Source of the DNA: Trichoplax adhaerens | Taxonomy: Eukaryota; Animalia; Placozoa | Reading direction: 5' to 3' | DNA length: 64,000 nucleotides | Assembly (NCBI RefSeq): GCF_000150275.1 | Contig: NW_002060953.1 | Location: 290,286 to 354,285 of the forward strand | Part shown: piece after piece, positions 53,540-64,000 of the stretch | Position numbering within the stretch: the first letter of the stretch is position 1 | How the letters are laid out: the number at the start of each line of letters is the position of its first letter | The notes under the pieces: model-generated | Databases searched by the model: none | What the model was told of the DNA's origin: nothing | The model's input: only the letters and a program-made list of their open reading frames with translations | Program-made: the position numbers and the translations under genes

Positions 53540-53675
53540 GCGACGTCACAAAGTACGGTGCATTACAGTACAATGTACTGTAGTAATGACCAGCCACAGG
53601 GGATAGCCTACAGTACTGTACAGTACAGTACTGTACTGTACTGCCAAAATTGGAACCAGTACTGTACACTGTAGG
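53540..53675. promoter_or_regulatory. CAGTA/TACTG array between synaptojanin and the PGC-1-like gene
   Basis: Perfect 24-bp palindrome GTACAGTACAGTACTGTACTGTAC at 53618-53641 plus further copies. GACGTCA (CRE-like) at ~53542, and a (CTT)n tract at 53482-53503. Confidence 0.6.
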
Positions 53676-55335
53676 ATGTTGTCCTGTCGTCCGTAGTCTG
53701 AACAAGTTGCTGTTCAGTCCTCATTGATGGACTTTAAATAGAGCTCAGCGGCGTGGCTGGTCGAAGCTGTCTGGTCCGCATTATTGGAGTATCGTATTTT
53801 GTAGTGAGTCCCGACTTGTGCAAATTGGAGTCTATTCCCTTTTTGAATATGATCTGTTTTCTTTCATAGGTTATTGCGATCCATTTTACATCAGTTGACG
53901 GTAACATTGCATCGAATGTATAATATCGTTGCCCATTGATCTACAAATCATGTACACTAGGTACAGTATAGATTATACATTCATGATGATAATGATAATG
54001 CGTACAGACATGCAGAACCGAAACAAGAACAGAATACAGCTCGAACCTTACTAGGCTACAATCGATTACATACCCTGTATGTATAATGTACATGTACATT
54101 ATACAGTACAGTATGCAGTAGGTGTCTTTGCGTATCTCTGCGTAGCAGCATCTCTCTCGATCTAAAATAACTATCTCTCGTCTACTATAAGTAGAAAGAC
54201 ATAGTACTGCGACTTTGACAACGTTTATTTTGATTCATTAAATTAGTGCCAGTGATTCAGAAAACAGACACGGAAACCCCCTACTAAGTGACCCATTTTT
54301 CCATATTGATGGCTTGATTTGGGAAGAAAGTCCGTCTGTCTGAGAGAGAGTGTTGTACTCAATGTACTGTAGGCCCCGGCCGTAATAACCCCGATTACTC
54401 ACTACTCAGATACCCAGCGTAAATAGTTTAAACGGTGATACATTATTCTAGGAGTCTGTACCTCAAATTTCATGCGATTATTCAAGGAGTAATGTACTGT
54501 ACTGTAGTCTGTAGTAGTCCATATTGCAATGACATCATCCGATCAGTAAGTTAATTTAGAAAAAAAATCAGTCCATTTAAAATCGATCGTCTCCATACTT
54601 GAGTAGTGTCATAACAAGGTGTTTGGCACACTATTTTGACGAGATGAGGTCAACAGTGTCTGTCCATCCAAGATTAATCAGTCTACTGTACAGTGTACAA
54701 TGTACAGTACATACAGTAGGTCTTCTTCTACTGTACTAGTAGTCCCACTAGGGACTTGTCATACCAGGATAAGGCCGAAAAAAATGTCGAAAAATACTTA
54801 CTCAGTTCTGGGTCTTCCTTGTCTATTTTCTGTTTTCTACACGTAAATCACTCGTATTCATTTGAATAACATGGATGATCTAAAGCTAGTGCTTTCAAGC
54901 AGAGCTTAGCAACAGGCGATGGAATGCAATGCAGTTAGTATTACTTCATTTCGAAAAAATCAAGTCTTGACCAAATCTGGCCAGATGTCTGTCCGCCCAA
55001 AGGCGTGTCCAGTGTCCGCTGTCCAAGTACGCTTCCAGTAGTCCGTGCCAGTACGGGTCAGTCAGTACTAGAGTCAATCACAAAAGTGTCAAGCGCAATC
55101 TCCACCAAGGGAAACTCATCTTTCCCAACCCCCACGTTCAAGCTCGAAAGTTGTTGTTATTGTCCGGCTGCATTTTAGCTCATTTCTTGCAGCTTTTTAG
55201 CTGGCATTTTGAGCTACTTTATGCTATCCAATCGAGTTAGAACACTATAAGAAAGTTCAATTTTGATAGTGAATACAACAGTTGTATCGAAATTACGACA
55301 AAAGAGCAAAAATCGAAACCAAGGTGTTGCCAACC

Positions 55336-58300
55336 ATGGTAAGGGACGTTCATCAAGCTAGCCATGGCGATCGCCATCAACCACCTGCAAGCCAAGAATG
55401 CTCGTCTTCACCCATAAATTCGCAATGCCATCCAAGTGTTGACAACATTGACACAACTTGTCAAAATGATCAACAGGGTAATCAATCCAAAAAGCAACTT
55501 GTAACCGGTGTACTCCATAATTTTCATCCTTTCGATTATGTCCATCATGAGCATAGTTATGTAGCCAATCAACCGATCACCAACCTACAACACGACAAGC
55601 AAAATCAATCGCAAAATTTAACATTGCCAATGGATCAATTTGACAATGGTATCGTTGCGGAGGATATCCACTCTTTCCTACAGCAATATCAGGAATTTGA
55701 AAAATTAGCATCAGGTACATTTATTTTCCTTTCTGTATCCCTATTAAAGAACGAAAGAAAAAAATTGCTGCATACAAGTAATTGCCTTAATTCATGTCGC
55801 TTAACTACGGTACTCTTAGTATTGCAGTACCACGGTGCACTAGGTTTACTTTTCAACGATTGAATTACAGCTAAGATTTAGCAAGCTGTTATCATTTCGA
55901 CGTTTTAGGTCGATTTTAATCTTGTCACTACGTGGGGATCCACTATGGATGAGTTATAAGACCACTATCGTATCGTTTCTTCATGGCATACTACTGTTAT
56001 AAAATACGTACTCTTGTCATGTATGCACATCACCGGGTACTGCCAATAAAGTACCAACTGCTTTCGTATAAAGCACAAGACGCTCTCATTTGAACATTTT
56101 AGACTGATTTAAACAGTATCGATAGGCATATGCTAGACTGTTAAAGGTCCATCACTTATCATACTGTTATTTTAGGCATAGCTTACTGCCTAACGCTACG
56201 ATCATGGTGTGGACGAAAAGAGCAATAATATCTTCTATCACTTTTAGTAGTTTCTGCAGAAAAGCAATGTTGTATTTCTCCCCTCCAGAATATCGACGAT
56301 ACTTTACTAGGCTATCATCAAAGTAGACCTGAGTGATCAAAACGCTAATGGAGCCACCCTCGTCGACGCACTGCTCTTACTTATTTGGACATATTGGATC
56401 AATTTAATTGTGCCAGCAGTCTAGTAGTCTAGGACACCGGTGCATAGCTCTTTGATCTAGCTTGCCGTACACTGAATGAATCCCGTACTTCATCACGAGG
56501 TGCTCTTCGCTAAATACTGTCGTAATCACTTTTGCATTAATATCATTTTTCAACTCTACCCTGATTAATAGCAAATTAATGACTGTATTGACTTATCTAT
56601 CCAAATAGATCCTACGTGACGATAACGGATAATTAATACTGTATATACAGCATATAATCGCTACATGTGGCATGCACCGATGATGACATTTCTGGAATAT
56701 CATCGAAATGTCAAAATTGCGATTTAGACTATCATTGCTCTATCGATTCTGTTGTTCACTTTCTTTTACTTGGAGAACTTGCAATCGGTTATCATTGCCA
56801 ATACGAGTAGAATTTACTGTAAAGCAATACTGAATCCGAATTAGATGAGAAATTGAAACGCAATATCTACTGTCGGTAAATGTTGTTGCCAATATTGGCT
56901 TGACTACAAGTTTTAATGTTGCCAGCTAGACATATACTTACAGTAAGATGGCAATTTCATAAAGTAGAAATAATCAATCCCTAATTATTAAAGTTACCCC
57001 GCAACGATGCACCTCTTTTAAGCCTCAAATCTACGATGGAGACAGATATAGTAAATGTAGTGATAAAAATTCATTTTATTCATGAACGACACGGTAGATA
57101 GCTTGCAAGAACAAACTGTGAATGATAGGCTTGAAAGTCTGCCATAAGCGTACATCTTTTCGTCGTAACTTTTGTCCTACTGACGTTATTCCAGTATCTT
57201 ATGCCAGCGTATTATGTACAAATACTGATGAATGCGTATATGTCACTAGAATACATTATTTGTTTCTATGTTATTCATATTCGAGAATAAATTGAGTACA
57301 GTTGGCAATGTACAACTGTTTTAAGCATTTCCAGTCAAATGCAGATCGAAATGGCAAAGGATGTGCTGATGGAATTATCATCCACCTGTCTAATGATAAA
57401 TTAACTTCTTTGGATAGTTCAAAATTATTTCAATCTTGCATAATGACTAATGTTCTGCAGTACTGACATTTCCAAGCGATAGCTAAATACTTTGTAATTC
57501 TGTAAATTAAAATATTATTTACAGTTACAGTCATTCCATTACAAATGCTGTCATTAAGGGTACCATCAGCACCTTGTATATGTGGACGTACACTTTCTCA
57601 GTTACCCCTCTACAGAATGAAATCATAATTGCTTCAAAAATAAAGGAGAAACTGTCTTCTTGTAAGTTACCTTACGACACGGAAACTCTTGTCATTCCAT
57701 CACTAGCTGTTATTAAATTTCAATTAAAAACAGCACTTACATACTAATCAGTAATACTTTTCGCTACTCTCCAGCAATAGTACTCATCCATTGAAGGAAA
57801 AGCAATTGTCAAGTATCCTTCGAGTTTACTAGCAATTCGGTGTTATCATGCTATGTTTTTCATTTTTGCACTTATAAATCACTTTCACCTTGAGAAAAGG
57901 CAATCGGACGGTAATTTTCCAAGTACCTCTGTTATAAATTTTCACTTACCCGTAAACTATAAGCTATGAACGGTATAAAATCATAAAAAGGACTGGATGT
58001 ACATAGCTCCAAGTTGTTTGATTCTATTACTTACTCTATGGTGATACGTTTATTGCGTTAATCAAGATTGGCATTTTTAATGCTCTAAGAACGTATATTT
58101 TATTTTCATTTAGTACCAAGTTCACCCACTTCAAAGTCAGCTGAATCATTACATGCTTCTCTGGACGGATTTTTTCAAGCCACGGAAACATCAAAGCCAA
58201 ATGGTAAAAAATTAATAACGCTACTAGGACTATAAATACCTTACGCATAACGTGTATAGCTTAGCAAATCTTCAGCTTTAAATGTTACCGCATATTGAAG

Positions 58301-59824
58301 CATAGCTATATATAATTAACGATCCGGCTGATTATGGATGGATGTCTGTCATTGTTTCGTTACAAGAAACATGCTACAGTAGCAAACAGATAATTCTTAC
58401 GTTCACTAAACTATTATAACAGCGCATCGAATCCTATCTCACCTAGGTCCATCTACTAAAGAAAATAAGCTCAGCGAAAGCAACAGCCTAGAAAAAGAAA
58501 GACCAGAAGCTAAAGCCAAGAATACAATGTATGCTGTAGACAAGTAGCATAACTGTCAAATACATATTAAGAAAGAGCATAAAATTAGATTCAATAAACC
58601 ATAGTAGTTTATCAATATGATTGTAACATTGCAGAAAATAAATTGCCCTTAGATTAATAAAAAGCATTTGATGTGCACTACTATTTGTACTCATCTGTAA
58701 AGAATGAGAACTAAACGTTGATTTTTCTGAGTGGTTTATGTAATCCTTAATTCAATTACTGAACGTCATAAGTATACGAATATCGTCTATATTTTATCAA
58801 AACAGGGAAGAAAACACAGTAGCTGCAAGAACAGATAAATGTCCAAGTCGATCTTTTGGTGGCTCTTCACCGTTTTCGACTTTATCTTGTATGTATGCTT
58901 TTAATTAGCACATCGTTATTGATTACTCACCACTTCAATTTACTGTAAGTGATAAACATGTACGTAGAATCAGTCTTTTGGAACTCGTCACTTCGATAAT
59001 AAAGTAAACATTTTAGTAGTAAATAGTTGTTGGATAAGTGTATATATACGCCTGTACCCTGTTAGTTGGACAGAAATAAATTACTTTTCATATGATAGTA
59101 AGTATTACTAAAATATAGACAAATCACCTCTAGACGAGAAAAAGAGGAAAGCTTCGAATACTTCTTCTAGATCTGAATCCTTTGGTGATAGCGATAATTA
59201 CGATAGCAGCCCTCATAGATCTCCCAAGGTATGTTATTGAACGTCTGGACTTTTTTTGGTACGCTTGTGTTTTTCGTTTATAAGTAATTCCCGCGATCTA
59301 TTACAGAGACCTAAAAGTGACACTAGTCGTAACATTGTTTATGTCGGCAATTTACCCATGGATACTACGGAAGATAGCCTAAAAATCCTGTTTAATCGTT
59401 TTGGGAAAATTGACTCCATCAAAATTAGGCGATCCGACAACAAGCAAATTTTTGCCTTTATAACTTATGATTCTACAGAAAGTGCTTTAAGTGCAATTCA
59501 AGGTTTTATTACTTTAGGAAATTGTTTGGCTATACTGTATTTACTTCGAAGTCAAGCTGTTCACTAAATATCTAAATATCTTGTTCACATGACGCAGGTG
59601 GTAAGGAAAAGGGACTTTCACAATTTGATATTTGTTTTGGTGGACGGAGACAGTTCTGCAAAGGACGATATGTAGACTTTGATTCTCAAGTGGCTAGCAG
59701 TGGAAATGTGCGACAATCAAGGAAGCGCTCTAGCTGTGATTTCGACTCCTTACTTAAGAGAACTCAAGCCGATCAAAAAAAACGAATTCATGTTGATCAT
59801 CGTAGAAAGTCACATTACGTATAA
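55336..59824 (+). CDS. PGC-1 family transcriptional coactivator (PPARGC1/PPRC1/spargel-like), compact
   Basis: Phase-consistent exon chain 55336-55714, 57602-57661, 58114-58203, 58423(or 58447)-58528, 58806-58888, 59119-59228, 59307-59502, 59598-59824. RRM IVYVGNLPMDTTEDSL...FAFITY, then FDICFGGRRQFCKGRYVDFDS and DFDSLLK as in the PGC-1/PPRC1 C-terminus. EHSY fits the HCF-binding motif. GIVAEDIHSFLQQYQEFEK resembles PPRC1 GIEASDLSSLLEQFEK. The start codon and middle exons are less certain. Confidence 0.85.
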
Positions 59825-61753
59825 GTTTGTATCGTTTTTTATACCCTAATCTCTTAAGAGTATATTCAAACTACAACGGAAGATCGCCAAGTTTATTGAT
59901 ACCGAATTGCCCTAGGTAATTTCTAGCGGGCATTTTCACCATCGTTAAATATGATTTTACGGATTGTATTTGTATTAGACGGTGAGACTTAATTTTATCA
60001 GTAATACATTTTATAAGATAAAATTTTTAGCGACTGCAATGATCTTTTCGAGATATATATTAAGTTGCTATGGAAAAGCAACCTTCCATACTTGCATCTG
60101 TACTTTCCGGATACGGAATATCCCTCCATAATTATTGTACCTATTGTAACTTCATCATCTTGTGAGCCACCTTAATACAGATGAAACATGGGTACTTAAT
60201 GCTGTTTGATAAATACACACATCGGCTAAATACTACTTTATACACATACAAATTATCTCACAAAATACAGTATAGTACTTTACTGTGTACACTAACGTAG
60301 GCTACGTATATCTCTAAAAGAGTTAACAAGATTATTGCTATACTAAGTAGAATGCTGTATTTAAGATTTATAATTCAGTAATTATTATCGTAATACATGA
60401 TGCTGTTCCTTTAGCACATACTATTATGTTATTTTTACGAATTTTCAGTGTAAAGACTAGGGATAATAATCACTGGTGTATACGACGGTTATAGTTATAA
60501 ACTGCCATCTAAAATTATGATTGTTTCTCGCTACAAATAAAATTAAAATATTCGGTTACTTTAGCTTTTGTAACTGATGCTTTAGCAATGATAAAATAAA
60601 ACGCGATATAAACCTGACGATTGGTTAAACTTTTAATTTTGTTGTAAGCGATTGATTTCCACCTATGCGTATTTAAAAGAAATAAATAAATATCCTTTTC
60701 TAATTAATAATTACGGACAATAAAGCTCATTTCGTATCAAATTCAGATATTAGATATCATGTTTGTTACATTGCTGCGTTAGCATTTTGCTTATGTATGT
60801 AGTTATTAAAATTTAGTGTATTTTTTGTGAAGTGATCAATAGCAGGGAAGATAACTTTCGATAATTAAGTAATTATAATTACTAAGCCATGTATTTCAAA
60901 TATTAAGTATCGTTCCTGTAATGAATTTAGTAGCCAAAAATCGTCATGTAGTTACATTAGAACTTAAGCCTTACTCCATTGTACCTACATGATCTTGAAA
61001 CAATGTAGTGTTCTGCACAGGAATTGTATATTAAATAAAAAAGTTACAGTACGATTCCATAAAAAAATAGAATCCTTTATACACTGAAATATCTTACTGT
61101 AGTATTACTCTATTTACAATAACAGCGCTCTACCCAATATATTTCATTTTCAGTTTCTGTTGACGTTCGCTGGAATTTCATTAAGAGTAGTATAACTTTC
61201 ATTCATTCGAAAATCAATTTGGCCAATCTTTGATAGAATAACTCCTCAAGATTAATATGATTACATATATTGTTTATTTAATTAAACTCGTAATTAACTA
61301 ATTAGACAGTGATAACAATATCGGTATAAGATCAAACAATCTATATTTATATATACTGCTGTACACGTGTACATACACAAGATTAATTCTATACCTTTTA
61401 TTTTATCCATTACCGACTGGACTGGACGATAAATAGCTTAAAATTGTTTTACTGTATTTGTAAAGAAAAATTCCTATACCACAAACATTTGTGTCTAGCT
61501 GATTTGATGTAATCTCAGTACAAGTAGCTATTTAAAAAGGCAGCATACTGATATAAGTATAATACGCTCTAGAAGACATTTCTTTTAAACTTTTGCCTAC
61601 TAAATATACAATTCGATTATTGGCATAGTAATAGAGCTAAATTTGTCTATACACATTCTAGAACTTTGGCTTCATATCGAATAGATCTATTTCACAGTCT
61701 TAGGATAAAAATGATATTTCATATTGATTGACTACAGCACTCAAGTAAAAACC

Positions 61754-62275
61754 TTAAACTTTTATCTTAATTAAATAGCGAAGCCGCACTTGGCTCTCTT
61801 TATAAACTAAGTATTCACTTTGGCTAAAGTAACTGTTATTGTACTGCGATCGAGTGATTGGTTTTCCTTGTGGTACAGTAACGGTTTTGCCATCAATTGT
61901 TATGGTAACATCCTTTTTAGGATCAGGTTCTGTCTTGCCTCGAGCAACAACGGAGTCATGGCCTTTAGGAGCAGCAATTAATGAACTATTATCTCTGGTA
62001 ATAGAGTGTTCTTTACCTAAAGCCACTTCAGCTAAAAACATAATACCAATATTTCTAGCTACCCCTATATAACCAATAGATTTACTATTCTCTGAAGCAA
62101 AATAAATGCCCTGACCGACTCTACCACCACTGTGGGGCATAATACGTAGGCCACTTTTTAAGATTGCAGCAACAACAGCAACATTGGTTCCATGCCACAA
62201 AAGTCGACGATTTTGAATTTTATCATGAGTAGCAAATCGTTGTCCTTCACCCTCTCTGTCAATTTCCCAAATCCA
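61754..62275 (-). CDS. PARP3: PARP3-like ADP-ribosyltransferase catalytic domain (5'-truncated at assembly gap)
   Basis: LLWHGTNVAVVAAILKSGLRIMPHSGGRVGQGIYFASENSKS and FSQSEYLVYKESQVRLRYL are near-identical to PARP3 signatures, with the H-Y-E triad intact. Confidence 0.92.
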   Translation of the reverse strand, partial: WIWEIDREGEGQRFATHDKIQNRRLLWHGTNVAVVAAILKSGLRIMPHSGGRVGQGIYFASENSKSIGYIGVARNIGIMFLAEVALGKEHSITRDNSSLIAAPKGHDSVVARGKTEPDPKKDVTITIDGKTVTVPQGKPITRSQYNNSYFSQSEYLVYKESQVRLRYLIKIKV

Positions 62276-62325
62276 NNNNNNNNNNNNNNNNNNNNNNNNN
62301 NNNNNNNNNNNNNNNNNNNNNNNNN
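62276..62325. other. Assembly gap (50 N)
   Basis: Run of n characters. Confidence 1.
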
Positions 62326-63344
62326 CTAGACAGAGTTGAACAGCCACTTGTATAGCTCAATTTAACAATTTTCCAATGATGGAGAGCGTTAAATCCTGGC
62401 ACCTTGCCACACAACGTGAAGAAGAATGTCAACTTGCAGCCCTGATCACGCCCCTATTTATAATCTATGCCAGCTGGATTACCACAACACAGCGATGGAG
62501 GCGTTTGCAAATAGAGTCTATTGAGCAGTGGCATCGCTCATTCATGGCTTTTGACTTCTTACTGGATTCTATCCTATCTTGAAGAAGAAATTTGCATCTT
62601 ATGTCGATGAAGAGCAGTCTCCATATCCATCATTTCAATTCAACCATGGCCATACTCGATCCATTTTACCACCAAGATGAATGAGTATGCTAGCTGATCA
62701 ACAGCAGGCAAGAGCTTGTGCGAGCCTGTCCAGCCATCTGGACGAGCTTGGATAAGCATGGATTGCGCATCTCATGAATTACAATACATTCTACTGTAAA
62801 GCAACATCCAGTTTTCTACGGTTTGTATGCGATTTTACAATACTTTGTGCTTTCACAGTACTAAACACTGTGGGAACGCACTGTATCAATCACATGATCC
62901 ATCGCCTTTAGACAATAGCCAAAGGCTTGACGTACAGTACATCAACGTTGCCATGGTGAACGTTGACATAAGACAAGAAATTGACGAGATTTGTCTCAAC
63001 CCGTAACGATGTACAACATTGGAAGAATGTCGAGGTGTGAATGGAGACAATTACCTTAAGCTTCATGGAATGCATGTCCAAATTGTCCATGAGGCTGATC
63101 TAAAAGGGACCTAGTTCAATAATTGATCATGTTATCCATGTCCAATGTCCATGTAAGGAATGGCTTCTAGGTATCTTGTGGCTAGGCCATGGAATACTGC
63201 TCGAAAAAGACCTTAAATAGTGGGTCCTTGGCTAGTTACTGGATAATAATGGGCACTGCGGTTGAAAATGAAAAATAATCATGTTATGAATGCCCATTTA
63301 AAGCACTGAAAGAGAAAGCTGATTGGCATCATTTACTGGGACCA

Positions 63345-63915
63345 GATGTACAACCTATGTAGTAGGCAACGATTTTCAAGATTGCATGTTAACATAGGCA
63401 CAGTACTATACTGCAGTGATAGCGCATTGGCATCATGTGCTGGGACCGGATGTACATTGTACTGCGCAACCCATGCAGTAGACAACGATTTTCATGATCG
63501 CATTCGGATAAATGTATGTGCATAGTACTGCAGTAGGCAGCGATCTTCAAGATTGCATGTTAACATAGGCACAGTACTATACTGCAGTGATAGCGCATTG
63601 GCATCATGTGCTGAGAGCGGATGTACAACCTATGCAGTAGACAACGATTTTCAGGATCACATTCGGATAAATGTATGTGCACAGTACTGCAGTAGGCAGC
63701 GATTTTCAAGATTGCATGTTAACATAGGCACAGTACTATGCTGCAGTGATAGTGCATTGGCATCATGTGCTGAGACCGGATGTACAACCTATGCAGTAGA
63801 CAACGATTTTCAGGATCGCATTCGGATAAATGCATATGCACAGTCCTGTAGTTTTATAGCTCATTGGCATCATGTGCTGGGACCGGATGGACATGGTACA
63901 ACCTATGCAGTAGAT
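63345..63915. repeat. Tandem repeat, ~3.5 copies of 159-171 bp
   Basis: TCAAGATTGCATGTTAACATAGGCACAGTACTA at 63376, 63547 and 63706, with internal sub-repeat GCAGTAG(A/G)CA(A/G)CGATTTT. Confidence 0.95.
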
Positions 63916-64000
63916 CAATGTTGTGTGAATGGCTTGAGTAAAGATAGCTTAGCTGTTTTTGACAAAGCATGTAACATCCTTCATGTAGAGTAATTTAGAT

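Noticed and set aside
55860-57460. Additional candidate exons for the PGC-1-like gene (acceptors at ~55908, 56175, 56259, 57334)
   Set aside because: They hit stops in the required phase or lack a convincing donor. Not needed for an in-phase model, though alternative use cannot be excluded.
62326-62347. PARP ORF start MAVQLCL upstream of the gap
   Set aside because: Artefact of translating through the Ns; the gap length is probably nominal.

Overview
AT-rich, intron-dense eukaryotic DNA from an early-branching animal. The short GT-AG introns, the composition and the divergent rhodopsin-type GPCR suggest a placozoan such as Trichoplax; this is inference and was not verified. Gene order: an atypical rhodopsin-like GPCR (-), a ~18-20 kb gene-poor tract, then strictly alternating genes PACSIN/syndapin (-), RPS10 (+), LYRM5/ETFRF1 (-), CASC1/DNAI7 (+), synaptojanin (-), a compact PGC-1/PPRC1-family coactivator (+) and the catalytic 3' end of PARP3 (-), cut by a 50-N assembly gap and followed by repeat-rich DNA. 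Highlights: (1) a short PGC-1-family gene that the ORF track does not reveal; (2) three head-to-head gene pairs whose shared upstream regions each carry arrays and palindromes of the pentamer CAGTA/TACTG; (3) two of these pairs (PACSIN-RPS10, LYRM5-CASC1) are also divergent neighbours in the human genome; (4) H/ACA-snoRNA-like hairpins in RPS10 introns; (5) tandem-repeat arrays in 5'-proximal introns. Exon boundaries were assembled by hand from splice signals and reading phase.
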